A model generated the notes under the pieces. The model did not search any database. It was given only the letters and a program-made list of their open reading frames with translations, and was not told the origin of the DNA. Source: Octopus sinensis (Eukaryota). From it: DNA of 64,000 nt. Shown here in pieces: positions 41,136-54,452 of this stretch; the stretch's first letter is position 1, and each line of letters starts with the position of its first letter. A program made the position numbers and the translations under genes. The stretch covers positions 52,452,001 to 52,516,000 of the forward strand of contig NC_043009.1 in the NCBI RefSeq assembly GCF_006345805.1, read 5' to 3'.

Positions 41136-41801
41136 AACGTCAACAACACAAACGAAGAACAGAATGAAAACAAAAACTCAAAAGATAAGCAGATTCTTTC
41201 CAGCTGTAGTAATAGAAGAAACCCTAACTACAAAACTCATTTGTAAACATAATAGATCTGATATAATAAGTTGGGATAAAGAAGAGAAACGGTGTACAGT
41301 TGTGGAAATTAGCTGCTCAGAAAATATCTACGCTGAACTGTTAAGGAATCTAGAGCAATCCATCTATATTACAAGTTCAGGTTTATACCTGTAATCATTG
41401 AGGTAACGGAACATGTAACACACTGCCTAATTTCCAATCTAGAGAAATTAGTCTTCTCAAAACCTGAAAGAAGACTAATTTGAAGACTACAGATCCAACC
41501 TATCACTGGAACTGTAAAACTTTGTAAAACTTCCCAGAAGTTTATCATTTAGGTATTCATAAGCAGCTCTAGACATGTAATATATGCTTGAGAATACATA
41601 CATAAAACAAAACATACAAATCTACACATATACATACATACATGCATACATACAAACATACATACATGCATATATGCATTGATTCATGCATACATACATG
41701 CATACAAAAATACGAAAATTCTAATGAAGGAACCATAGTTCTAGGTTAGAAACTGGCTCTTCTTCTATTGGCCAGAAATCTTGAAATAAAACTGGGTAAT
41801 G
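41136..41801 (+). mobile_element. RLE-type (R4/Dong-like) LINE 3' end, restriction-like endonuclease remnant, inserted in (CATA)n
   Basis: KHNRSDIISWDKEEKRCTVVEISC (decayed PD-(D/E)xK)...IPVII...LQIQPITGTVKLCKT; CATA repeats on both sides. Confidence 0.8.
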
Positions 41802-42179
41802 ACATACATACATACATACATACATACATACATACATACATACATACATACATACATACATAAATACATACGTATGTGTATTTATGTGACTGTGTAACGA
41901 AATCTGCTACCTATGATGAAGTATATTGTTTAATCTATTGAAGTTCCGATTTGACTTAACTCGCCGTTATCCAACGTTTCTTTTGCTTTTAGTATTTTAC
42001 ATCAACAACGGAAAAAGTGTATGACAGTAAAGGTGTTGTAAGCGATTACGCAGCATGGGTTCAATACCGATCACCCCGGAAGTAAAAGACGAATAAAATA
42101 CTACTACTACTACTAGTAGTAGTAGTAGTAGTAGTAGTAGTAGAACTAGTCATCATCATTGTTCGACCGTGGTCGAGAC

Positions 42180-42242
<63 letters not shown>

Positions 42243-42869
42243 CAGTTTTGTTGTTTGTTGTTTCCTAAAATGTCCACCTGCTGCTTGTACGTAAGTATAG
42301 CTGATAGATAGATAGACATATATATATATATATATACATATATAGATACACACACACACACACATACATATGTATATATATATATGTATATATGACGTAA
42401 AATATTTCCTGTTAGCTCTGTATCTCAGGAAAAACTCATCCCTCATTTTTTTGTTATTATGTATGTATGTGTATATATATATGCGTGTGTGTGTGTAGTG
42501 AGTGTGTGTGTAATGTGTGTGAGTTCCGTTTCATCTTGCACTACAAGGTGGTATGTAATAATAGAGAAATTGTCTAAGGCATTATTTAATACTTTGTGTT
42601 AAGAAATTAGAGTCAGCAGAAAGATATGTATATACATGTAATGAAGTGTGACAGGCCTCAGAGAGAATTTGATAAACGAGTCCAGCTAATAATTGACTTG
42701 CCTATAATATGTTAGATTACATACATCCAAGTCCAGGAGAGTTTTTTTTTTTCTCGATTTTTTTTTTTCCTTTTTGGTTGAAACGCACATACGTGCGGTC
42801 GAATTGACACACGTGCCTGCATGCATGCATACGCACATATAAACGCATATATTCTACATGTTTATATGC

Positions 42870-42992
42870 GTATGTGCTATATGTGTATGGGTGTAGAAAT
42901 ATATATTATATATATGAGAGAAAGATGATATCTACACACACACACACCACACACCACACACACACCACATATATATAATATATATATATATA

Positions 42993-43081
<89 letters not shown>

Positions 43082-43287
43082 ATAATCAGCTTGACATATA
43101 CTTATGTAAATGTATTTATATATTTTGTATGTGTATGTATATGTGTGGCGTTTGTGTGTGTGCGCATACATATATATATGCATACAAACACATATACACA
43201 CATGCTTATATGTGTATATGCTATATGTGTATGGGTGTAGAAATATATATTATATATGAGAGAAGAGATTGATTTCTACACACACAT

Positions 43288-43380
<93 letters not shown>

Positions 43381-43530
43381 TATGTTAGATATATATATAT
43401 ATATATATATAAGCTTGACATATACTTATGTAAATGTATTTATATATTTTGTATGTGTATGTATATGTGTGGGCGTTTGTGTGTGTGCGCATACATATAT
43501 ATATGCATACAAACACACATACACACACAC
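42870..43530. repeat. tandem duplication of an about 340-bp microsatellite-rich unit
   Basis: gctatatgtgtatgggtgtagaaatat and agcttgacatatacttatgtaaatg each occur twice at about 340-bp spacing. Confidence 0.85.
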
Positions 43531-43639
43531 ACACACACACATTATATATATATTATATATATCATTGGATACGAAATCAACATATGTGCATGATGTATAT
43601 ACATACATATATGTATATGTGTGCATGTGTGCATGTATG

Positions 43640-43684
<45 letters not shown>

Positions 43685-45560
43685 TTATACATATATATAT
43701 ATGTATGTGTGTGTGTGCGTATATATATATATAAACCTTCATTGTGTGTGCAATGATATACGTTAGTGTGTGTCTGCAACTCTCTGTGTGTGCTCTTAAT
43801 AAAAACAAATAAAGAAATAAACGACAAATTGTTGATATGTTAATAAACACGGAAGGAGAATACAACGATGTTGGGGATGACGAGAGAGAGAAAGAAAAGT
43901 ACAGAGATGTTTAGAATATGAAAGCATAGGGAATTTGAACGGTAAGTACGAAAGAAACGATAGCCTAAAGGAAACCAGAGAGTGAAAAAGTAATGAAAGC
44001 ATAACATAAGGGAAAAGGAAAGAGAACTTAGCAAATTGGAAGAGAAGAGTTCACAGTGACTTCTTGTATATCAACGAGAATGTGTTTTTGCGTAGGGGGT
44101 AGTAATAAAAAGATAGGAGCTCAACTTCTGTTTTACTACATCCCGTTGTCATCATATATTCCATCAACTTCTTATCTCCAACTATTTTATTATTTATGAT
44201 GAAGCTAGCGCGTTGTAAAAGATGGAGTTATCTCCCCATGCTAGAATCAATTTCTCCCTTCACTGCCATACACTCGTACACGCGTGCCCGCTTTACACAT
44301 ACACAGATACACACATACACACGTGCATAATTTGCCGTATGAAGAAGGAAAGTAGTTATATTTTGAGGTTTTTTTTTAATATTTAATTTGTATTGAAAAC
44401 TGAAATACTGAAGATATTTCGTTGCATTAGTTGCTACCGTTTTTTAAGCCCAGGTCTATTCTGATATAACACACCCATGATCAAAGACGTTCCAGCAATG
44501 ACCACACTGTTATTTTTTCCTCAGAAATAATGTATCCAATCTTATATTATATACATTATGTCACACACATTTCTTGCATGATGTTATGCCAATCACTAAT
44601 GGAATCTGATTCACTTCACAATGACATTAATTTCATCGTGAAAGTTGACCTTCACAGATCATTCCTTTTGTCTCTTTTTTTCTGCCCCCAAATCAAACAA
44701 CAAATACATAGCACATGTTCGAGGTTGATTTTGTTTATTAATTTTTGTTTATCTCCAGGTCAACTCTGACATTGTAATCAATATCTTTTTAACGGGGCAT
44801 GTATAACTACATCCTTCTTCAAATGGTGACGTAATATTCAAAGGAATGTTGACTGCTATATCTTGCGAGCTGGGTTATTTCATAGACTCGTGATGTATAA
44901 GGTAGAAGGACACTGCAAAATTTTCGATGCAGTTTAAATTTACACTTGATATCGATACAGATCACATAAAACCAAATTTGAATTGGCATATTTTTTAAAT
45001 TTCAAGATTTTTTTAAAGTTTAAATTTTAATGGTTTAAATTTCGAGATTCTTTTAAAGGTTCATTGAACTCTAAGAAATTGGTCTTTTGTTGAGAAAGGT
45101 TTCTTACATTGCAATATCGTTCAAATTCAACGTTGATCATATATATATATTTGGCAAAAAGATATTGCAGGAGCCAGTTGCATTTCTAACAAGTAAACTA
45201 AACAGTTTTACAGTTGCCATCAATGTAACTTTACGTTAGCAAATTCTATGCTATTTGGCTATATATATTTTTCCATAAATTTTTCTAGGATTAATATCTT
45301 TTTTTTGAATTTGTCGCTCATGCGAGGATAGTGCGTTTGTCTAACACTATGCATTTGGGTTGTTTTCCATACAGCAACATTTTGCCAGTCACTCCTGTTA
45401 CGTGTATTTATGACCTGAATTAGCCGCCGAAAGAGAGCCTTCCTCATCATCCAGTGTCATTCTGCCTTGTTTCGAAGCTGTAGGTCGTCACCGCATCATA
45501 TCCTCACACTTAAAAGATCGGACACATTTTTCTGCATCTCTGAAATCTTTAGTAGTAGTA

Positions 45561-45629
<69 letters not shown>

Positions 45630-45655
45630 TACTACTAAAGATTTATATACTACTA

Positions 45656-45713
<58 letters not shown>

Positions 45714-45723
<10 letters not shown>

Positions 45724-45884
45724 GAGGGCATTATTACACATAAATGCCGCACGCTAGGAGGGACTCTTAAAGTCAAAACTACTAAACTAACATATCGTAC
45801 GATATGTTTATTTTGGTAGTTTTGACTTTAAGAGTCCCTCCTAGCGTGTGGCATTTATGTGTAATAATGTCCTCTATATAATAT
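45714..45884. repeat. near-perfect loopless palindrome (about 85-bp arms)
   Basis: Centre CGT|ACG at 45798/45799. Confidence 0.95.
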
Positions 45885-46077
45885 AAATAAATATATTTAA
45901 GTGAAAAAAAATTATGGATTTTTTCTCTTCTGAGGTTTTTCACGCTAACTACTTGATAATTTCTTATGAAGATTTTATCCTATTTTTAAATTGTATATAT
46001 ATGAGTTAAATAGTTAATGCATAAGTTTAACCATCACATGCATTGAGTGATCTGTTCTTTCTCTCCTTTTCTTATAG

Positions 46078-46093
46078 ACACTCGTTTATGTAC
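46078..46093 (+). CDS. candidate 16-nt microexon
   Basis: tctgttctttctctccttttcttatAG|ACACTCGTTTATGTAC|GTGAGT. Confidence 0.35.
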
Positions 46094-46338
46094 GTGAGTA
46101 TGTGTGTGTGTGCGCGCGTGTGTGTGTGTTTATGTATGAAAGACACTTATTAATTATTCACGACACACTTTCCATTACTAAAACCGTACACTTGAATAAA
46201 AAAATTTGCTAAAGACAGGTTTGTTGTGAATGAGTTGATAGGCATGTCTTAAATGCATATCATTTGTAACTTTATCAATATTCACCCATCTGTTCATAAA
46301 GACAATGTTACAGACCTCTCCAAAACTGTGATTAACAG

Positions 46339-46460
46339 GTCATGGTTGGGCGTCCGCCGGTATCTTGGTGTACAGCATTATAGTTATTCCGTTGCTGCAA
46401 GGCATGTTTCACCACCGTGCTGATAGCCTTAGAAGAATTACAGCCCTGATGCATCTTCAG
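46339..46460 (+). CDS. candidate exon (122 nt, phase 1-0)
   Basis: Open frame HGWASAGILVYSIIVIPLLQGMFHHRADSLRRITALMHLQ ending CAG|GTAACC; acceptor weak. Confidence 0.25.
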
Positions 46461-47450
46461 GTAACCATAAAGGGGTTTCTAAACACTAAGCTTCGGTGGC
46501 GAAATGAGATTTTGAAACGGCTATGGTTAATCTAAGTAAAAGTATAACAATGTGCATATGTGTACGTGCGTGTGCGTGTGTGGGTGTGTGTGTGTGCGAG
46601 TGTATGTGTGTGAGAGGGAGAGAGAGAGAAAGAGAGGGATATTTCTGTGCATGTTAATGCATATATAAGTGTAGTACTTCATCTTAAATGGTTTTGCTTT
46701 GTCTTATGAGAAATATTGTCTCGAGTGAGTTTTCGAGTTTTCTTAGTCATCAACTAAGGTTCCTCTCCACCTCACTCCTTCACTGCCCCTCCTTTCCCTC
46801 CCACTCCCCTCTCACTTCTCTCTTTCTTCTACTTCCCCTCTCCCTCTGTCTCGTCTCTCCGTCAAGCTGAAGGATCGAAAATGTTCCCTTTCCTTTATAT
46901 CTAAGGCAAATTCACAGTTGTCTTCGGCCTTTTATTAATAACAATATCAACTAAATTACCTCTCGTCCTTCAACAGCAACATACCAACAACAACAACAAC
47001 AGCAACAACAACAACAACAACAACAAAAGCACAATAGCAGTAGAAGAGCTACAAGGAAAATATAAGAAAATTGATAAAAAAAAAATATTAAACAAATAAC
47101 ATCGATATCAAGAGAATGGAAATTTATATTCCCCCTTTTTAAATAAATACCAAACACAGTAATTACAACAGAAGACATCAATAAACAACAATAGCCAATA
47201 CACTGTTTCATCCCTAACCCATTCCATACTTCAACATCTGAGAAGTAATAAAATGAAGAAATGATGTTCTGGTGTTGAGAAATAAATAAAATACAAAGAA
47301 TGCAACAACAATTAGAACAACTACATCAAGTATAATTACTACGGTACGAGGGAGACGAAGTTCTGTCTCTGTGGTCGAATAACCTGGTAGAAACAGCAGC
47401 AAACTTTTTCTCAAACAATCCTTTCTAATTATGGTACGAGGCGATCAATT

Positions 47451-48096
47451 TTGAGAAGAGCTGGCAAGTTGATTATATTCACCGCACTATTTGGCCTGTA
47501 GTTACTTTTATCTTCCCTCGAAAGGATGAACAGCAAAATTCATCTCAGCGAGATTTGAACTCAGAATGTAAGAGCCGACAGAATGCCGCTAACCATTTTA
47601 TACAACATGCGATCCATCCTGCCTACTCGCCGCCTTATACTGCTTTCTTTCAGATTCTTACTCAATTGAGAAGAGCTGGCAAGTTGATTATATTCACCGC
47701 ACTATTTGGCCTGTAGTTACTTTTATCTTCCCGAAAGGATGAACAGCAAAATTCATCTCAGCGAGATTTGAACTCAGAATGTAAAGAGCCGACAGAAATG
47801 CCGCTAACCATTTTATACAACATGCAATCCATCCTGCCTACTCGCCGCCTTATACTGCTTTCTTTCAGATTCTTACTCAATTGAGAAGAGCTGGCAAGTT
47901 GATTATATTCACCGCACTATTTGGCCTGTAGTTACTTTTATCTTCCCTCGAAAGGATGAACAGCAAAATTCATCTCAGCGAGATTTGAACTCAGAATGTA
48001 AAGAGCCGACAGAAATGCCGCTAACCATTTTATACAACATGCAATCCATTCTGCCTACTCGCCGCCTTATACTGCTTTTTCAGATTCTTGCTCAAT
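47451..48096 (-). repeat. three near-identical tandem about 215-bp units, each holding an old SINE A
   Basis: tgagaagagctggcaagttgattatattcaccgcac recurs near 47452, 47667 and 47882. Confidence 0.95.
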
Positions 48097-48359
48097 CTTT
48101 TCTCAACCAATCATAAAAAGAAGGAAATACTTGCTAATCACATCCAAGCTATTTTACAACTTATAAGAACATTAATGGTCAAGTATGGAACCCAGTTCAG
48201 ATTGATCTGGGGTTTAACAGTAACTGCAACGAACTGTCGTATAATTGGTTGCTCTATCTTTTAGAAATAGCAACTAAATCACTACATATGTGTTAAATAA
48301 ATAAAAAAAGTCACAAGTTAATTTAACACTATATTGTGTTAAAGGACTGAACGGGACAC

Positions 48360-48545
48360 CAGGTGTGTGGCCTAGTGTTTCTGTTGCCGAACCCAGGATC
48401 GTAAGACCGTAATTTCGATTCCCGAACCGAGAGGTTCCTTGTGTTCTTGATCAAAACGGTTTCCCGCTCTCCAGTTCACTCAGCTGTTAGATTCAGTAAT
48501 AGATAGGAAGTCAACCCAGCAACAAGCTGGTGACCCATTCAATGG
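48360..48545 (+). mobile_element. degenerate tRNA-derived SINE
   Basis: tggcctagtg...tttcgattccc...gttcttgatcaaaac...ccagttcactcagctg. Confidence 0.55.
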
Positions 48546-49026
48546 GTGAGGGTAGGGACCTTTTGAGTCTCCGGCCTTATGAGTCTTAGGGATCATGGCA
48601 GACTTAAGACTAAGAGATGAGGATCGTAGCGTACTATGATTCAAATAAATATGGGTTGTACTGGACTTGTTATATTTCATCAAGGATATGAAAGGAAATG
48701 TGTACGGGGAAACGACTTCAGCTGAGAGCAAATAGCAAATGAAAATTAAGTTGAATGGTTAGATTGGTTATGGCAGTACGTAGTTTGTTATTGTAGCTGC
48801 TTGGACGACGGAGGATGACTGCAAGCTATACTGTAGTTTCATAAAAACTGCACTGCACATTTCCTGCTAGTATCAATACCGTTCGACACAGCTGGAAATA
48901 AATAATGACGGAAGCGGTCGAATTCAATGTTTAAAATTTGCAGCTGATGAAGGAAGTATCTCGCAGTACCAGCTGCTAATACTACTAATGCTGTTGCTGT
49001 TACTACTGCTCCTACTAATAATAATA

Positions 49027-49590
49027 ATCTTTTTTACTATAGGCACGAGGCCTGAAATTTGGAGAAGGGAGCTTGTTGGGTACATCGAATCCAACGTTCA
49101 ACTGGTACTTATTTCATTAACCCCAAATGGATGATATGTAAAGTCGACCTTGAAGAAATTTGAAATCAGAACCTATAGACGGATGAAATACCTATTTTTT
49201 TACTACACACAAGAGGCTAAACACAGGGAGGACAAACAATGACAGACAAACGGATTAAGTCGATTATATCGATCTCAGTGCGTAACTGGTACTTATTTAA
49301 TCGACCCCGAAAGGATGAAAGGCAAAGTCAACTTCCGCGGAATTTGAACTCAGAAAGTAGCGGCAGACGAAATACCTATTTCTTTACTGCCCACAAGGGG
49401 ATAAACACAGAGAGGACAAACAAGGACAGACAAAGAGATTAAGTCGATTATATCGACCCCAGTGCGTAACTGGTACTTAATTTATTGACTCCGAAAGGAT
49501 GAAAGGCAAAGTCGACCTCGGCGGAATTTAAACTCAGAACGTAACGACGGATGAAATACCGCGAAGCATTTTCTCCCGGCGTGCTAATCG
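49027..49590 (-). mobile_element. SINE family A concatemer (3 units)
   Basis: Same unit and junction as at 35771-36520. Confidence 0.9.
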
Positions 49591-49865
49591 CTTTAATAAG
49601 AATGACAATAGTAACAATACATATGTGAAATTCAGTTGTAATATTTTAACGCAAAACATTTAAGAATATCTCGTTGTGATCCCATACATGATGAAACAGT
49701 CTCCATGTGATGTGCAATTATTACTACCCTATACTTCTTAACCGGCTAACGTGGTGATTCAGTATTGCACACAGATACACATAATACATCATACATACAT
49801 ACGTGCAAATATATGCACAAACACACACACACGTATGGATATATATATTCATCTACTTTTATATA

Positions 49866-49935
49866 TAAAACAATGCGAAGCGCATTGTGACCAGCGATGT
49901 GTAGCAACATCTGATAGCCTGGTCGATCACGGTGA
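49866..49935 (+). mobile_element. isolated tail type 1 of SINE C in (TA)n (another at 57863-57982, minus)
   Basis: acaatgcgaagcgcattgtgaccagcgatgtgtagcaacatctgatagcctggtcg. Confidence 0.8.
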
Positions 49936-49964
49936 TATATATATATATATATGTCTATTCTAGC

Positions 49965-50012
49965 AAAAACTGTCCGAGGAACGGCAACGCGAAACTCAGA
50001 GTAACAGGTTTT
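49965..50012 (+). ncRNA. hammerhead-like motif with CCGAGGA core
   Basis: CUGU-CCGAGGA-ACG gcaa CGC-GAAAC UCAGA GUA-ACAG. Confidence 0.6.
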
Positions 50013-51103
50013 GTAGAATTTTCTGCTGCTTTAAATAAAGTATATATACATATATATATATACACGTGTGTGCGTGTGAGCGCGCACATATATACACATA
50101 TATACGACGGGCTTCTTTCAGTTTCCGTCTACCAAATCCACTCACAAGGCTTTGGTTGGCCCGAGGCTATAGAAGACACTCGCCCAAGGTGCCACGCAGT
50201 AATTTATTTGGAGAAGCAGTCAAGCGAAACTTGAAAATCAGAAACAAAATGAATTTTATGAGTTTGGGCTTTCAGTTAGCATTGAATCCCCGTCACTAAA
50301 AGCTATTCTTTTATTCTTTTACTTGTTTCAATCATTTGACTGCAATCATGCTGAAACATTGCTTATGTTTTCATTGAATAACAACTCAAATCTTATAAAC
50401 TCCTTTCCATAAAAGTTTTAACGTGATTCAAAACTAAATTTAAAACAGAGCCCAGTCGTTACTACTTAGCTAGAAAACGCTATTATTTCCGATACACTAG
50501 CACCAACAGCTATAGCTGGGAGCAATGAAAGGTAAGACGAGAAACACAACATTTCCTCTTAGTCTTTCGAAATAAATCTAAATGTTATTGCGGAGCTTTA
50601 AACAAAATTCAAGATTATCTTTTCTATCTGTAATATGAAGCGGTTAAGGAATTACTGGGAGGAGATTCCACTAATATCCTCACCATTTTGATGTTAAGTA
50701 GCTTTGTCGATAAACGTCTTTCGCTGGTATATAAATGCACATTTGATCATTTTCTAGAGATACCGGAAACTAATCTAAAGCTGGTATAACAAGAAAAGCA
50801 AAATGAACTGCAAGATAAATATCCTGTACCGAAATCTATGCAGCAACGTCCGTAGCGAAAGCAGCTCTAGTATCGTGTTAGTTTTCATCAAAGATACAAA
50901 CTCCCATATACAAATGAACGGATAAATGAAAAGCACCTAAGTCTCAAAATAAGGTACGTCAAGCCTATAAATTTTTTTTAGTGAGAATTTATTTTTTCAT
51001 GAAGTCACACTAAAACGATAAGATGACACCCATTCCACCGCCATGTTGAAAGTTTTCGATGATATGACTACTGGGTTGTATATGTGTGAATATGTGTGCG
51101 CTC

Positions 51104-51213
<110 letters not shown>

Positions 51214-51249
51214 GCAGGTAGGCAGGTAGGTAGGTAGGTAGATAGATAT

Positions 51250-51379
51250 GTTTCTTTATTAGCCATACAGGGCTGAACACGGAGGGGACTAATTACAAAG
51301 TGGAGCGTTTCTTTTGGGGGAGGAAAAAATAGAAAGTGGGGTAGGTTTTTGATCAAAAGGGATCGTAAAAAGGAAAGAA

Positions 51380-51390
<11 letters not shown>
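51250..51390 (-). mobile_element. retroelement 3' end inserted in (GATA)n
   Basis: Homologous to 33035-33162 with the same junction to the repeat. Confidence 0.7.
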
Positions 51391-51459
<69 letters not shown>

Positions 51460-51528
51460 GTAAATAGATAGATAGATAAATAGATAGATAGAGAGAGAGA
51501 GGGGGGAGAGAAATAGACAGACACAGAC

Positions 51529-51612
<84 letters not shown>

Positions 51613-52280
51613 GTATGCCAGTGCGTGTGTATGCGTGTGTTTGTGGAATGGAATCAATATCACTTGAATTATAGACTGGTTGCATCATATCAGATATTTC
51701 AAAAGTTATGTCATTTCACTATTACAATCTGAGAACAGAAATTTGTTACAAAATATGCCATGAATAAATGAGATAGCGAAGCTGCAGAGACTCCAATTTG
51801 TAAACGAAAATGTCGGCTTCGCTGATATTTTTGTAGCAGATATTATAAATGTTCCAAAATATAATCAAGATAATATCAGTTCCTCATATATGATTGATGT
51901 TCTTGCCAAAATAGTACAAAACGATGTCATTTTTATGTGGAATTATGTAGAATGTATCAAAAATACCGCTGATTATATGGATATCAACTCCTAGCAATTT
52001 CGCTATTATCAATATATTATATGAGTTGATGAGGTAGCTTCTGGTGCCTGCTTGAATGCTAGAAATAGCAGCTAAATGTTTCAGCTTTTCTTACTCCAGT
52101 CATTGAGTCGCGGCCATGCTGGGGCACAGCCTTGAAGGGTTCAGTCGAACAAATCGACCCCAGTATGTATATCCTAGGTTTGGTACTTATTCAATCGGTT
52201 TTTCTTTGCCGAATGTAAACAAGTCAGCAACGGCTATCAAGCGGTGCGAAGAACAAACACAACTACAAAGATGTACATGC

Positions 52281-52330
<50 letters not shown>

Positions 52331-52333
<3 letters not shown>

Positions 52334-52479
52334 AAAGTATAGAAGCCATCTTATCATGGCTAACCACATTGGGGAGGGGGTGTTACTGTAGCTTTATAGC
52401 CCCAAGAGATCTATAAAGCTACAGTAACACCCCCTCCCCAATGTGGTTAGCCATGATAAGATGGCTTCTATACTTTACA
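52331..52479. repeat. perfect 69-bp inverted repeat with 11-nt loop, inside (TA)n
   Basis: 52331-52399 is the exact reverse complement of 52411-52479. Confidence 0.95.
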
Positions 52480-52531
52480 TTATCGAGCGATTACTGTTTC
52501 AATCTCATTCTGAGATTTAATTATGCTATAT

Positions 52532-52575
<44 letters not shown>

Positions 52576-53024
52576 AGCGGTGCCCCAACATGGTCACAGC
52601 CTTACGGCTGAAAAATATAAAAGCATAAAACGAATATATGTGTGTGTATGCCAACTAAGTTCTAACTGTATTTTGACCAATGAGCACATGGATTAGACGT
52701 CTCGGTCCGGTTGACATGTCAAGGGTTCTTTTCTTCAACCACACCTAAAAGATAGTTATGTGACTATATTTTGGAATGTTGTAAATAATATTCCTGCTTT
52801 CACTGAATTTTATTGTTACTACTCCAGAAATGTATACATTTCACGTCAATGTTCATATGGTCAACACCGCTTCAATGCTCAACATTACCTTTATTATTTT
52901 TGTTGTTGTTATTGCTGTCTTCTTCTAATCAGGACTCACGCCATTACCCACAAAGAATAATCTCTAATTCGAGCCTACTTTAAGCTACTAAGAATGAGTG
53001 CGGCAACTTGAAGATCCAGCCACC

Positions 53025-53158
53025 ACACGCGATAGACTGCCGTGAAGCTTGGGTGTTTTTGCTCAATAAACACTCACAATGCCCCGTCTGGGAATCGAAA
53101 CCGGGTTCGTACGACCGCGACTCCGCTGCCCTAACCACTGGACCATTGCGCCACCACT
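53025..53158 (-). mobile_element. SINE family C head only
   Basis: gtgtttttgctcaataaacactcac...ggaatcgaaacc...ctaaccactggaccattgcgcc. Confidence 0.8.
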
Positions 53159-53692
53159 GTCGTTGCTGTTATCGTAGTCGTTGTTGGTGTTGTTTATTAT
53201 GAACAAATAGTTTTACTCTTTACACGAATATAAATTTTCACTGATTACTTTTTATAAGAGATTTTTTTTGTTCACTTTTCATTCAGATCTGTTGACATTA
53301 GGGCTTTTAATATAAGTGTTACTGAAACTCTACCCACATTTTCCTGGGAATATAAACTATTCGTCTTAACATTTTATTGTGTATATTCCTACCAGTGATA
53401 TTTTTACACTCGCAAATAATAACATTAATTTTAGTTGGCGGATATGTCACAATATTAGTTGCAGTACGGCGAAAAGTTATTCATACAAATTCCCAATTAA
53501 GAATTCTCAAACATGAAAAAAGAAAACCATCTAAAACAACGAGAGAATATGAAGTGAACCAAAAAAAAACCCAGAACAAATCTGAATGTACAAAAGCGAT
53601 ATATGGTCCACTTTTAAAAATCTCAGAAACAAAGATAAGGTTCAATGAGGTTCGAACTCAAACGTAAACTAGGAAAATGTTTAAAAGTATTG

Positions 53693-53860
53693 ATTTCAAA
53701 TTTTGGAAAAAGCCAGCAATTACGTGGGAAGGGAGTAAATTGATTAGATCGACCCAAGTTCTCAACCGGTACTTATTTTATCGACCTCCGAAATGATGAA
53801 AGGCAAAGTCGATCTCGGCAAAATTTGAACTCAGGACGTAAGGACCAACGAAATGCCGCA
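53693..53860 (-). mobile_element. SINE family A, short-tail form
   Basis: ggtacttattttatcgacc...gatgaaaggcaaagtcga...tttgaactcag. Confidence 0.8.
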
Positions 53861-53861
53861 G

Positions 53862-54093
53862 ACTTCGGGAACTTGAGGAAATCGAACTAATGCCACATCC
53901 AGCATATAGTATGGCCCTAGCTCCCTCAGATTATTAACTGTTACGATCCATGGATCATTTCCTCAACCAAGAGATAGAAGCTTCAATGAAGGAATTCTTC
54001 ATCTCGAAGAACTTGTATCATCGTGGGATCAAAGAGCTGACAGAAAGGCAGCTTCAAACGGTGCAACACGATTGCCTCTACTTTGAATGCTAG
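53862..54093 (+). mobile_element. mariner transposase C-terminal remnant
   Basis: IELMPHPAYSMALAPSDY*LLRSMDHFL...FF...YHRGIKELTER...LYFEC*. Confidence 0.85.
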
Positions 54094-54130
54094 ACTGCTT
54101 TTTTTTTATCTAATGAAGAAAGCAAATAGG

Positions 54131-54452
54131 AGGATGAGAAGACACCCTTCGGTCATGAATGACCATGGGATTGCACCTAGAAAGTTACCTTCCGAGGCAC
54201 AAGTCCGGGAAAAATTGTTTATGGAAGGCCGGCAGTTGTCCATGCATACCTGCCTCTCCTCTCCACATCACTGATGTTATCCAAGGGAAAGGCAACAGCA
54301 GATACAGTTTGGCACCAGTGATGTTGTAACTCATTTCTACAGCTGAGTGAACTGGAGCAACGTGAAATAAAGTGTCTTGCTCACGGTCCAGGAATCGAAC
54401 TTACAACCTCACGATCGTAAACTCGACGCTCTAGCCACTGAGCCATGCGCCT
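54131..54452 (-). mobile_element. SINE family D (tRNA head, possible RTE-like tail)
   Basis: Reverse complement: ggcgcatggctcagtggctagagc...gttcgattcc...gagcaagacac...ttcactcagctgtagaaatgagt...ccatggtcattcatgacc. Confidence 0.8.

Noticed and set aside
42870-43530. Tandem duplication as a functional unit
   Set aside because: Microsatellite-bounded; slippage or assembly redundancy is the simpler explanation
48796-48870. Possible terminal exon AWTTEDDCKLYCSFIKTALHISC*
   Set aside because: Short, modest acceptor, phase does not match the preceding candidate exon
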